Shown: positions 1 to 14,300 of the stretch, in pieces
Position numbering within the stretch: the stretch's first letter is position 1
Layout of the letters: the number at the start of each line of letters is the position of its first letter
Assembly (NCBI GenBank): GCA_951804945.1
Contig: OX638150.1
Location: 84,630,001-84,694,000, forward strand
Direction of reading: 5' to 3'
DNA length: 64,000 nt
DNA from: Podarcis cretensis
Lineage: Eukaryota
Position numbers and translations under genes: made by a program
Notes under the pieces: generated by a model
What the model saw: the letters and a program-made list of their open reading frames with translations, nothing else
The model's database searches: none
Told to the model about the DNA's origin: nothing

Positions 1-13
1 CATGTTGGTGAAG
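1..13 (+). CDS. FLNB: FLNB exon, 3' end only (HVGE)
   Basis: cat gtt ggt gaa g|gtatgt; phase 1 joins the next exon to give E-A-C-S-P-N. Confidence 0.75.
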
Positions 14-2280
14 GTATGTGTTTAGGGCAGACGTATAACTATTTAACCATATTACTGGATACATGTGCACATTAAGTGCAGTATCTATGAGACTCTCTAA
101 ACGTGGGAATTTAGTCTTTTGGCTTGGATAAAGCAGTTCAATTCTTGCATGAAAGTCATTTCCCCAAAAAAGGACTTTTAAGTGTTAGTATCTTATCACA
201 TTTAACTAACTGGGTTTTATCAGTCTTGTCATCCTAAATGACCGCATTGCTCCTTCTTACACTTTTAGAATTGAGCTTTCTTGCTGTGTCTCTTTAAAAC
301 CAACTATATTCACTTTATTTTGTATCACAACTCTCTTCCCTTCTTGAACTGACACTTGGCTTTCTATTCCATCCTTGCCTGCTCCTGTGCTTTCAGACCT
401 CTGCTCACCTCTCCTGAGCTCCTTTCAATTTGTGAGATGTTGGACTTCACTGCTATTGGCTTCATAGTTGGGCAAGCTCTGTCGGTAAGAGGGTGTGCAG
501 GGTGAACTTGTGTTGCTGCGCTTTTTTCTAAACACCTAGTCAGCAGGCAGGTTTGCAGCCCTAAGCAGAAGTGGCTGGGTTGTATGAAAATGTTGCAAGC
601 GGCAGGTCAGGCTTCAGGCAGTCTCGCAAGAAGTCAAACGGCTTAACCACAAACTGCCAAACTTTGTTGCAAGGAGCTTGAAACTGAACTTCGGCTTGCT
701 GCTACATCCCTGGTTTGCTGCATCTACAGATGGATGTAGAACTAGTCAGTGCAGATTGGCTGGGGGTGAGAATTCCCTGCATGCTTGCAGCAGGACAGCT
801 TTTCGTGGGATGAATTGGTTTTCCCTCCAAGGAAATGGTTGCCAACTCCAGAAGGAAATGCATGGAGTTGAGCTGTTGGGAGCCCAAGCCTGCATGCCTC
901 ACAGTCCAATTTCATGGCTAGGCCAAATACTGACAACTGTGAGCCTGCTTATCTCCTATAAATCATCATTCTGTATGTGGTCTTTTTCACAGTGTGTATC
1001 CAGTGGTTTCTGCATACAGACCTGCTTTCCCTAATGGTGACGGTGTTCAGGAAAGCATGTTTAAACTCTTGCGTGTGAATTATATTTCCCCACCTCCATG
1101 GTATTGTTCATTTCAGGCACACCTGCATGCAGCTTCCTCTGGGGGATTAAATTTGCTAATTTAGGGGCAATAGCAGGATCAGCATAGCAACACTGTCTCA
1201 ACAATGCAAGGTGCAGCATCTCTATGAGATGCTCCCTGTCTCATGCTATGTTTCACTTCTTGCCCTCTTCTTCACCCCCCACCCCTTGAAACCTGAGACT
1301 TCACTGGGGGAAAAAAAGTCTGGTTCAAACTGGAAGGTTTCATCTGCATGCATGCCCTAAAGCAATATGCCCTCCTAAGTTTGAAACTGTGAAAATGAGG
1401 ATACTTTGCTCCTTTTACTATTGTAAGACCAAAAACACTTTCCTTTTCTTTTTTAAAAAACAAGTTCCTGCAGTTCCCCCCATCTTTCATGCTGTTGTAA
1501 ATTTGTTAGGAGTTTAGTTCATTTAAATGAGACTTAGGTTTGTACATAGTGAAGCACGTGAAGCAAAAAAAACTGCAACCCCGAGTTTTATGTTAATATA
1601 ACGTGCATTGACAGCCTCAGTCTTGCCTCCTTAAGATTGCAAAATGGTGTTCAGGTTTTACATTTCATAAACTTAAAATCTCATCCATCTTAAAGCAAGC
1701 TGAGAGAAACCGTTCCAGACTAGCTTGGCTAAGTTAAATATCTCTAGGAATCAAAGGCTGTATTGATGTCTGTCTGCAATTCGCTTGCAGCGTGCAGTCC
1801 AAATGCCTGCCGTGCCAGTGGTAGAGGCCTCCAACCTAAAGGAGTTCGGATCAGAGAAACCGCAGACTTCAAGGTTGATACTAAAGCCGCAGGGAGTGGA
1901 GATATCCATGTGGCAATAAAAGGACCAAGTAAGTGCTCGGCTTCTTAGCATTGCTGGGGCTTTGGGGTGGGGCCAGGGAAGTTTGCAAAGGGCTTAAAAG
2001 TGTAATCCATCGCCTTGTGATTCTGGTATCTGTATGTTGACTTTATCCCCTGGGGAAACTCCAGAAGTGAAATGGAGCCGCTCTTTTCTCTCTCATATCT
2101 AATTGCACAAGAGGAGACTAGGTAAACATGGCTGGAAATTTGAAATGACTGGTTCTTTGGGTGTGATAACCACCTTGTTTACCTGTTTATACAGAAGTAA
2201 TCTGAGCTGTGCAACTGCTTTAGTGGGTTTGGAAAGGCTTGAACTTCTACTTCACTATCTATGGTGCAAAGCTCTTGGAC

Positions 2281-2324
<44 letters not shown>

Positions 2325-5300
2325 CAAAAAACATTCAGTAATAATGTTTCATGACAACATTGCTCAAGAAATGTGAAGCAAACATGCAAAAGGGGAAGAA
2401 AGGTTAGGCCAAACTAGACAGGATGATATCAGGTGCCTGCATTTCTTTGCTTATCTGCCTGAATGGAATATAAATAAGAGGCTGTGTGTCAAACTGATAA
2501 CCAAATGAGATGTGTGGCTGAGGAGTTCCCCTCTGTTTCAGAAGTGGTTTACCTGGGGAAGTCTAAATACTGGAAACTAATGGAACTTGTATTAATTGTT
2601 TGAAATACTCCTCAGCTGCTTGAGGTAACTTGGACATGATTTGTCAATTTTTGTGCAACTTAACTTGACTGTTTCAGGATATCAGACCGTCATTCTTTTC
2701 CTTGTCTCAGACTTGGTAAAAAAATAAGTGAAACTTAGCATTTCAGGATACTACATTTTACACATTTTGGGGAGTTCTGACCTTAAAGATGGGTATTCCA
2801 AACTGAACCCCAGGATCATTTTCCCTCTGCTTCGCTTTAGCAAGTTAATGCTCCATTCAGGAGTCATAATGGACAGAAAGTCCCCCGCTGGCTTGCTGAT
2901 CATACGGCAGACACCTTTTTCTACTCTTGGATCACAGTACGCCTTGAAATAGATGCAGGGCTTTGTTACCTTCTGGCCCCAGATCAAAATGAATGGCAAT
3001 CCTTTTCAGCCTTGTACAAATTGGTGGGGATTCTGGTGGGCCTCTTGCGAGCTGTAATGTGCTTAAAGCGTTGGCTACGGCAGGGTTGCCAACTGTGCAC
3101 TGTTAAAGACAATAGTCTTGTATCAACAAACTTAGGCATATTTAGACTGTTGCAGGAAAATTAAATCAAGTAAGCATTCCCCAAATACTTGTGGTCATGA
3201 GGTCTGATGAAGCTTAAGCTTCCCTTGTTTTAACATGACACGCATAATTCTTTAGACTAAGGAATAACATAAGGGAATGAGTTAAGCGAGGTAACGTAAC
3301 ACTTTCACTCATCGATCTCTTCTGGAAATATTTATGCCATCTTTCTTGCATGACAACTTGGAGGCCATTTCTCCTCCTTGCAAACTATTTCTGGTGGGGG
3401 GGGGGATGACTTCATTCTTAGCAATTTTTCTTAAAATACTGGAAAGGGGCAAAATTGCCTGTAACCAGAGGATTGAGGCTGTAACTATGGAAGGCTAATG
3501 CTAGATTGATGATATTTCTGCAGAAGGTCTGGAGGAACTTGTGAAACAAAAGGAGTATGTGGATGGCGTGTATGCTTTTGAATACTATCCAGTAACCCCA
3601 GGAAAATACATTGTGACAATCTCATGGGGAGGCCACAACATCCCTAAAAGGTGAGTTAGAACATCCATTTCAGGTTTGTTTGTTTTAAGCAATGGATGTG
3701 TATTCCCTACCAAACACGTTGGAACTGCTTAAGTTTCCACATCTGCCCAGAGCAAATTAACGGATGGTAGTACTGTTGTTCGGTCCCAGCTCCTGCCCAC
3801 TTAGCAGTTCAAAAGCATGTCAAGTGCAAGTAGATAAATAGGTACCACTTCTGGTTCGCCAGAAATAGCTTAGTCTTGCTGGCCGCATGACCCAGAAGCT
3901 GTCTGTGGACAAACGCCGGCTCCCTTCACCTATAGAGTGAGGTGAGCGCGCAGCCCCAGAGTCATCCACGACTGGACTTAACGGTCAGGGGTACCTTTAC
4001 CTTTTAGTGTCTAGTACAAGGGTACTACCCTGTTTGGACAAATTGTATATTTCAATTTCTGAAGAGGGAGACTTATGTCTGCTGCATTAAAAAGAAATCA
4101 AATCCTGTGGCACATTAAAGGCCAACAAATTCTTGTGGCACAAGCTTTCATCTGTATTTCTAGGTATCAGATTACTATTTGGTAGCACCAAGATTATTCA
4201 GATTTTATTTAAAGAGTGGAATTTATTGTAGGCAACCTTTGGAATATCTGCCATATTTTAGCTTTCATTGGTCCCTGTCTGTTTTCCAAGTGATGCACCA
4301 CATAGAGGTTAGGCTCCCACTTCATCTATCTGTAGCTCCCGGTCTTTTAGCTGGACAGAGGTGATTGCACAGTAAGCTCTGCCTTGTTCTGGATTCAGGC
4401 TGTAACTGGAATCATTGACAGCGTAGGGAAGGATAGTGGTGACCATTGCTGCTTTCAGTCCCAAGCTTTTCCTAGAGTCCCAGGTGCATCATATCCTTCC
4501 TCTCCCTACCCAATCTACCTGATCTGATTCCAGTGGCAGAAATGGAAAAGAAAGGAAGAGGTTTTTTGACGTCTGGATCCAACCCAGGAGGCACTTACAA
4601 AAATGCATGAGGACAATGTTTCTAGTTAGCTACATCTCTGTGGCTCTACTTGAGCCCATCTTTAGTATCTGATATTAATTGCTCCTAATCCTGCTTTCTG
4701 GTGTTTCTGTCATAGCCCATTTGAAGTTCAAGTAGGCCCTGAACCTGGTCCTCAGAAAGTAAGAGCCTGGGGGCCAGGCCTTCATGAAGGCGTTGTTGGT
4801 AAATCTGCCGACTTTGTGGTAGAATCCATTGGCCCAGAAGTTGGATCCTTAGGTAAGAACTTGCCTGGCTTGCCCTGCTTTGCTAAATGGTTATTGCATT
4901 TATGTGATGCCTAGCTAACTTCACATGGAGAAAGTCTCTCAACATCACATTGCAGTGGGTGTGGAACCACATCCAATTGGATTTAAAAGAAATTGATTTG
5001 TATAGCACTTTTGACAAGAACAATGATGACACTGTCCTCCACCCAGTTTTAGCATGACAGGCAGTAAATGTTGGCTGATGCCTTTGATTCTCATGATTTT
5101 GTGATGGTTACGATGTCTCTGGTAACTTCATTATTGGCCCTGCCTTTTAGCAGGCCCCAGTGCTATAACACCAAGGGGAAGGACTTTTAAAATTAATTAG
5201 TACATTTATAAGCCATTTTTTCCTCCTAGAAGCTCAAGTTGGCACAAATTAGTCTTCTTTGTCCCACTTACACCCCACTCTAACTTCACAACAACCCTGT

Positions 5301-8300
5301 GAGGCTGAGAGACTGTGACTAGCCCCAAGGCCACCCAGTCCAGCACTCTAACCGCAACACTAAACTGGCTTCTGACAAAAGTGATGAGAAATTCAGCACA
5401 CGGCCCCTGAAGCACAGTAACTGCAGTGAGTTTTCTGGTTTGCTTTGCAATAGATGGTTTCAGTTCACATAAGGGTTACCTCAAACAAAACCTGCTTAAC
5501 AGGCTTTAATGCTGTGGATTTAAAAAATGGTTTTGAACAGGCAACCCAAGGTCTTTGAGTCCTACTAGCTAAAGCATGGCACCTCTTAACAGCACTGCTA
5601 ACATGTTTGCTTCTTTTAGGTTTTGCCATTGAAGGCCCATCTCAAGCCAAAATTGAATGTGATGATCAGAATGATGGCTCGTGCGATGTGAAATACTGGC
5701 CCAAAGAGCCTGGTGAATATGCCGTTCACATCATGTGCGATGACGAAGATATCAAAGACAGCCCCTACATGGCGTTCATCCAGCCTGCTTCTCCAGGCTT
5801 CAACTCTGACAAGGCAAGTATCTGAGGAGCTGCCTCTCTCTCTCAAAAAAGCTGTTAATCTGTCAGGCTTCTGTATAAACTGTGCTAGATGGTATTCAGG
5901 GTCAGGATTTAGCCCCAATTTAAAGGAAACTCACGGCAACACCAGATATGAGTCTGTCCCAGGTTAGAAGTTCATTACAGGAGAAACTCCTTCCATTGAG
6001 GACTGTTGTAAATTTAGGCACTAGTGCATGTATGCGTTGCATTGTGAGATGTTCCCAAGAACATCAAGTGGAAAACTATTTATTTTAGCAGTGACATGCA
6101 AGGTATATCCAGGTATCTCACTCAAACAAACTTTGGGCATTGTAGTCTGAGCTATTAACAACCTGTAAAGGTATGTTGACATATTCTCTTATGTTTCTGC
6201 TGATCTTTCTTAGGTAAAAGCTTACGGTCCAGGGCTGGAGCGGACTGGCTGCATTGTGAACAACCCTGCAGAGTTTACAGTTGACACAAAGGAAGCTGGG
6301 AGTGCCCCTCTGAGGATCTATGCACAGGTAAGGTCCAGAGTTCCAGGCTGCATTTGCTTCTCACTAAGTCATCTGGAACTGTAGCCTTGGAATTGTGTTC
6401 AGAAGTTGGGATTTTTCTTCTTAAGGGTATTAGTCTGACGGGCAGAAATACTTAAGATGCCATATGGCCACAGACAGGCATCACAGGATGCTGGACTTGA
6501 TGGGCCATTAGCCTAGTCCTGGCACTTGCCATATTGGCAAGTGTGAATATGCCCTGAGCCCAAGTCCTTCTAAGATCCAGGATCAGGTTAATTCCTTGAT
6601 AGGAAAGAATTGCACTATTGGTCTTGTCAGCTTGCACTAAAGACTCTTGACTCGCCATCATTTGTGGTAAAACCAGCAGTGATAGGATTCCAAAACCATG
6701 TTGGTCTGTATGTCGCCCCTCTTAAGAGGATCTACATTCTTCCTTTTTTTTAACAGGATGCAGAAGGGAATCCTATTGACATCCAAATGAAAAGCAAGCC
6801 AGATGGTATCTATGCCTGCTCTTACAATCCAACAAAACCAATCAAGCACACACTTGCTCTTACTTGGGGAGGAGCTAATGTGCCCAATAGTCCTTACAGG
6901 GTAAGTTTTAAAAGCAGCTAAATAGCTGCAGCTCTTTATCCTCCAGTTGTAGCATGTCTTGCCATGTCTTATGCGCAAACCCTTGCTTATGTTAACTGGC
7001 ATTTAGTTGGTAGTATTACACTAAGCCCAGAGGTGGAAAACTGGATCCATCTGGCAGGCTGGATCTTTATGTCCCTCACCTGCTTGCAGGCCAAGTTTGA
7101 CAAGTGGGTGGTGCCACCTGCCCGTCAGTCACCTGATACCAGGTGACCAGTTTCTTTAAAAGAAAAACGTGCTTGCAAGACCCAACAGAGTTTTGCTGCT
7201 GCTGCTGAGCAGTGCCTGAAAATTCTCTTTCAGCCCTATTCCCCAAGCACTCTTGACATCATATGAGGCTGTAGGGCAGGTCTGTGTGGTTTAGGCCAAA
7301 ATGGTCTTGTAGGCCAAATGGAGAAGCCTGGTGGGTCTGATTTGGATGTTCTCCACCACTGCTGTAACCAAAAGTTCAGTTGCTTTGTGCTATCATTGCA
7401 CATCTTTATGTGCCAGGCAAAAATATTCCTCTGTATCGAGGCCTTTGGCCATTAAACAACCTATGGTCTGTTAAAGCTTGGGTGGGGAAAACTGTTGTTA
7501 TGACTATTTGATTATTATGCTGTTTGTCATTATGCTTTTTATCAAGTTTTTATAATTATGCTCTGTAAAATGTGTTCTTAATGTTGTGCACCGTCCTAAG
7601 ATCTTTTGATAAAGGGTGGTATATAAATTGAAATAATAATAATAATAATAATTAATAATGCACCATTAAAGATGTAAATGAGATTAGGAAAAGTTATGAC
7701 CAGATTCAGAAATACTCATGTTTTCTGGTCCTCTCAGTTCTTAAATTCATTTTTAACTTTGGGGTTGCCTCAGGTTTTGTTATCTTGTATTTAGGTCCCT
7801 GTTCATGATTTTATTTTGTCTCCACATTGTCGAATACTTACTGTAAGCCTTCCCTTTTATGGAGTGGCATACAAATGTTGTAATAAATAAAGGGCTTGTG
7901 TAATCAAAGTGGCTCCTCCTTTAATTGGATGAAATGTCCCCCCCCCAGGTCCAGATTGGGCAAGGCAGTCATCCCCAGAAGGTGAAAGTTATTGGACCTG
8001 GGGTGGAGAGAACTGGTCTGAAAGCCAATGAACCTACTCACTTCACAGTAGACTGCACGGAGGCAGGAGAAGGTAAAACCAGAATCACTAACACCGTTAA
8101 CCTAAGCTCTATTTGCTGCTGTTCCAGTGGAATTGTTCTAGAAAGAAATGTGCTAATGGAAGTGGCTGACAAGGCTGTTAAGTCTGTGTAAATGTGTTAA
8201 GCAGGAGTAGAGAGCCTTGGGCTCTCAAGATGTTGCTAAAATGCAACTCCTATCAGCTTTAGCAAACATGACCAATGGCCAGGGGTAGTTGGTAGTTCAA

Positions 8301-11300
8301 CAACATCTGGAGGGCGGAGGGTTCTCCATACTAGGGGTCAGGCCACAACTACTGATATGAGGGAGCAATTGTGAAGTCATTTTACTAAAAATTGATACTT
8401 TTGTTTTCTTCCTAGGTGATGTCAGTGTGGGCATTAAATGTGATGCTCACGTATTGAGTGAAGAAGAGCAGGACATAGACTTTGGCATCATACATAATGC
8501 TAATGATACATTCACGGTTAAATACACACCCCCTGCAGCTGGGCGTTACACTGTCAAAGTGCTGTTTGCTGGAGAGGTATGTAGTTATGATGGTGGAGGG
8601 GGGGAGTTGAGATGCCATTTTATATTGCTCTCTGGTTAGCTGAAGCTTCTGTATGTATGACATTATTGTATGACTGATTCACACCTGAAGGTCCTCAGGG
8701 TGGTTTATGATGAAGAACAGCAATTATAAAAACGTATCTGATAATATATAGAGATGGTTGTAGCAGATAAAAAAACACTTAATGGGCTCTTGATTTCATG
8801 TTCTGCAGTTGTTTCTGACTCCCTTGCAGTTGTCACTGGTCAGCTTGCTCTTTAGAAATGAAACTTGTTTAATGCACAGATAATACAAAAATGGATAATA
8901 AATTTGATGTTCTCTTGCTCTGTGGCCAAGGGCTGATTGTAGTCGGAACTGATTCCAAACAAGAGTCCTTACAAGTTTCTCATTTAGCATCAGTTAAATA
9001 AAAATTTAGGGCACTTCTAAAAGGCACACACCAAGAAATAGGAATGCTCGTTAAACCAATGGCAGAAAAGATACCATGCAAAGCATCACTTCCTCTCTGT
9101 ATGGCACTGTGGCATTTGTTTGAATGACCACTTGAAATGTCGCATGATATGTGCATTTAGGCCAAGGGTGGTCTAAGCAGGATCAGCATTTGCCTTTTGA
9201 CCTTCTGGAGCAGAAGATTAGATTAATAATGGGGTTTCTGGAGTACACACAAAGAGTTGATTACTTAAGGTGGTCTCTGCCACAAAACGTTGATTTTATT
9301 TTGGTATTCTTTGTAAATAGAAGGAAGTCAATAACTTCATAGTCTGGTGTATGTTTGAATATATATATTTTGGAAAGATGCCCCGGGTGTATCATGAGCT
9401 AGTTTTTTTGTATTTTCTTACTTGAAAAGAAAACTTACATTGAAACAAAGCTTTTTTTGTCTTGAAGGAAATCCCTACAAGCCCTTTCAGAGTGAAAGTG
9501 GAACCATCACATGATGCAAGCAAGGTGAAGGCTGAAGGGCCTGGACTAAGTAAAACAGGTGAGAGTTCATCTTAACTTGGTGAGTGTGGAAGTTTGTCAT
9601 GACAGCTGTTTGCTTGTTTCTTTTGTCTTCATATTAAAACAGAGCAATACCCAGTTTGCACATACTCCTTGTGCAATGGACTCCCACTTAAGCAGAAGGG
9701 ACTTCCTTTTCCTCTCCTCCCTCGCAGCTCCTTGCATGTGTCCAAATCCAAAATGTGTTCTTTAGCCTTAGGGGACTGCAGTGGGAAGGAGAAGGAAGGG
9801 AAAATCCACTAGGACACTGTTGGATCTCACCTCTACAATTCTGTATTTAGGAGAGATCAGTCCATTGATACAAAAAAACTTAATCACAAAGAGTTCAGTT
9901 TGGTATTAGCCTGGCGTCTTCATTCTGTTAAAAGAAAAAGAAAGCATGGCACACCTTCTTTCTGAATATGCCTTAAGGGGTGATGATGATCTACTTTTTC
10001 TCCTACTTAGGTGTGGAAAATGGGAAGCCAACACATTTCACCGTGTTCACAAAAGGTGCTGGAAAAGCCCCTCTGGATGTTCAGTTCAGTGGACCGATGG
10101 CAGGAGATGCTGTCAAAGATTTGGACATAATTGACAACTATGATTATTCACACACCGTAAGATACACTCCAGTACAGCAGGTAGGATTTCCTATAAGAGG
10201 TATTAATGTGATCTCTTCTGTCTCATGGCTTAGCCCCAGGCAGCATGATAGCAGCAGGACCAGAGGAGGAGACCGTGATCTCCTCTCCCAGGGATGGTTT
10301 GGCTGAACTATCACTTTATGTTTGAAATGATGTTACGAGCTGCAACTTTCATTTTTGCCCCTAGTAGTTTAAGTATAGTGACTGCTGTGTAATCCTGCTC
10401 TTCTTGTGATCCCTTCCTGGTTTCTGCACTGCCGGGCATCTGTATTGGTCCATTGATACAGGTGGTCTTTCATCTAAGCCATGTTCATTTTTATACCGAG
10501 ATGATCCTTTGGGTATTTTGTGCAACTTTTAGGTGTCCATAATTTGGAGTAGCTGGGTTCTATAGGCTTTTGTTTTAGTTGGATCTCGGTAGCAGAAACT
10601 TCAATGCCAGCTTTCTCTTTGGCATGCCGCTCGTGACACTGGCTGGTGTAAATAGAACTGGAGTTTATGACTTCGGAAAACAGTGGTGCTGTGTACTATC
10701 CTCCAGCAACTTGCAGCAAGTTTGCAAGTGGTGGGGTGCATTTGAGGGACTGTCTTCAAAATATGGCTGACGCTTGTTGAATGTGTTCTTTGGAGGCCAG
10801 TTAACTGTTCCTGGCTTGCTTACACCTCAGAAAGTACTAATTTTTTCCTATGCTTACCAAATCCAAGATACACACGGATGACAGCTAAGCCATTTTACGC
10901 TTGATTCCTTACAGAATTGTAGAATTGTGGTTTCTACCCATTTGCATAGAGCCTTGTTTGTAAATGCTTCCTCGCATAAAAAGTTCACCGCATGTCCCAA
11001 GAACATCCCTGCTGGTTCAGGCCAAAGGCCCGTTTCGTCCAACATCCTGTTCTCACAGTGGCTGCAAATGGGACTGGAGTACAACAGCACTTTCCACAAT
11101 TCAGATTTCTAGCAACTGGTATTCAGAAGCATGATGACTTTGACAGTGTAGGCAGTACCTAGCCATTGTGGCTAGCGGCCAAGAATAGCCTCATCGTCCT
11201 TTAAAGTTATCCATGTTGTGTGTCATAAACTAGCACATTTAGGAGAAGACTACACTGGACCTTAATTCACAGGTGATGCTGAATTATTTTGTGCAGGGAA

Positions 11301-14300
11301 CCTCTTCTGCATGGAGAGCATTCAAAAATGCGACCTGCTTTCTGGGTACAGTGTAGAATATTTGGCCCATGGGCTCCCAGCTTAGATAAAGGAAGCAGAG
11401 GTAAACTCAGGAAACTGAATGCTGGCATTCTGCCAGCACTCTGTCAGGGGTTGAAAATTATAGTAGGTGGTGGCACTGTTGAGAAATACTGCCATATTTG
11501 AACACTGCACCATATGTACATTGCATTTTTGAAGCAAACGTTGATAGAGGTTCTGGAGGGGGAAGGGGAGAGCGAGCTGGTTAAAGTGAATAAGGGGTGG
11601 AGTAAGCAAACATTGCAGTCTGCTCTTTTGCTCTGTCAGTCTGTAAACATAGCAGTGACAAATACTACTTATCAAACATTAAACTGCTCCGGGCCCTGTG
11701 AAAATGTAACTTCCATTCCCAAATGCCTTATCCAAGGGATTAATTTCCAGAACTGCCACATTATATGCACCTTAGTCACAGGGAGTTAACATTCTATGCT
11801 TTGCTGGCCCGTGCCCAACTAGCTTAACTGAAAAATCTGAATTTCAAAGTCTCTTCTCTATAGCCTGCCTCTGTTCCTTCAAATTTATTAGTGTTCTATA
11901 GCAAATGAACAAAGGGAGGCTGAAGATTCTGGATGCATTAATCTTGTGCCCATATGGGAACATTGCAGACGAATGCATGGCAGTTTCTAGGCAGCAAATG
12001 CTTCGTTTCTTGGCACCTAATTTAGCTGTTTTACAGAATCAAAAGTGAAGTTGACTGTCTTGTGGTGTTAATAGGTGCAGCTCAGACTGTAACGGACGAA
12101 TGGGAAACTGGGAAAGCAGGTTGCAGCCAACATATGGGTGGCCTGTTTTGATGTTGTTGGAAATACCTTAGATACAGAATGTTGGATTTTGAATGGGTCT
12201 GTTAGGTTTAAACTATTGGAGTTGATATATAAAACACCCTTTGCCATACACAAAGGTTTTATCAGCTGAAGATTTCTTACATTTCCATTAGTGGGTTTTT
12301 CTTTTGCCCTTCCTGTATCTCTTATTTGTAGATTATAAATTTGATAGTTACGGACTTGGGAGTATACATACACAGTGTAGACATCCATGTAGAGGTCAGG
12401 AGGGTGGCAACACAAGAATGGGCCTTCTCTGCAGTGGCTTCCTGTCTGTGGAATGCTCTCCCCAGGGAAGTTTGTCAGGCACCTTCACTATACATCTTTA
12501 GGCACCAGACAAAAACATTCCTCTTCAACCAGGCCTTTGCCTGACCTGACATCCTATACCCTTTTTTAAAATGCTGGCTCTTTTCGGGGGTGGGGGTGGG
12601 TCTGGTTTTTGTTTTGATTTTATGTAAGTGATTTTTAATGTGAACCACCCTGAGACCTTCAGGTATAGGGCAGTATAAAAAGGCAAAGGACCCCTGACAG
12701 TTAAGTCCAGTCGTGAACTACTCTGGGGTTGCGGTGCTCATTTCGCTTTACTGCCCGAGGGAGCCGACGTTTGTCTGCAGACAGTTTTCCAGGTCATGTG
12801 GCCAGCATGACAAAGCCGCTTCTGGCGAAACCAGAACAGCGCACGGAAATGCCGTTTACCTACCCGCCAGAGCGGTACCTATTTATCTACTTGCACTTTG
12901 ACGTGCTTTTGAACTGCTAGGTTGGCAGGAGCAGGGACCGAACAATGGCAGCTCACCCCGTTGTGGGGATTCAAACCGCCGATCTTCCGATTGGCAAGCC
13001 CTAGGCTCAGTGGTTTAGACCACAGCGCCACCTGCGTCCTTATAGGGCGGTATAGAAATAAAACTGTAGAGGACCCCAACAGTATTTTTACACATCTATA
13101 AGAAGGGTAAAACAGCAAACCTTAACCTGCAGAGTAGTCGTCGTGTTATTTCTGATGTTTTGCCTAGTATTAAGCCCTTGCAGATTAACTGTAGTTAACT
13201 GATTTACAGTATCCTTGGTTTAAAAACTTGTATTTTGCTGAAATTTGTAAAAAATAGATTAGTTTGAAACACAGTAGGCTTAAGAGTGAAGCTAGCAAAA
13301 TACGGGTCCTTATAGGGCATGACTGGGCACAATTTCATCTATAACAGGGCAGAGCATCTTGGTACCCTAGTAAAAACATACTAGTATTTTAGCCTTTAAA
13401 TGCAGAACTTCTAAAAGCTTCATGCCAAGGCTGCATCTGCACAAAACCTGCCAATTGGGATTTCTCCTACTTGCCTCTACAACTTTGCTTGTATATACTG
13501 CCGAACAATTTTAAGTAGAACTCTGGAGGTTTGGGATAAGCTTTTGCTTCCTGGTGTCTGAAGATATGCACGATGCAGTATTAGGGGGCAGTTGTATGTC
13601 AGACTCTGCTGCTGTAGTTTCTGGCTTGTAGCAAATATCGAAATAAGAAACAATGTTTTCCAATCTGTCCAATCTCTCTAGGGTAGCATGAATGTTCAAG
13701 TGAGCTATGGTGGTGATCCCATCCCCAGGAGTCCTTTCACTGTAGGTGTTGCTGCTCCACTTGACCTAAGCAAAATTAAAGTTAATGGCCTGGAAAACAG
13801 TAAGTAACTTAAGTAACGTGAGCTTTTTTTTTAAAACTCATGTACAGAATAAACTATCTGGACTGGAGGTCAGGATGCCAGTAGACACCTGAATTGACAG
13901 ATATTACTGTTTTGTGTGTTGTGTAGAACTTCTGAGTTTGTTCAAACCTGAGAATTTTGGGTGGAGAAGGGTGTATGTATATGTTCTCGCTGTTAAACTG
14001 AAATTTGGCTGTTCTCTGCTTTGGAAAGAGCAGCCCATTTAAGGCAAGTACTTGAAGCGAGAGTTCTCCGTTCTACTGAGTCTCCGTTCTACTGAGTTTG
14101 AGTGTTAACTCTGAGGTTGGCTTGCAAAATGAAATAGTAACTGTACAAATTTTGGAATGTACAGTCTCCCTATGTCGTTGTATTGATAGCTGGTATGAAT
14201 TTTGTTCTGAATATGACCTATGGTCAGTGTAGAGAAAGAGAACATGCCATAACTGAGTCTCCTTTCCTTTCTGAAGGAGTCGAAGTAGGGAAGGATCAAG

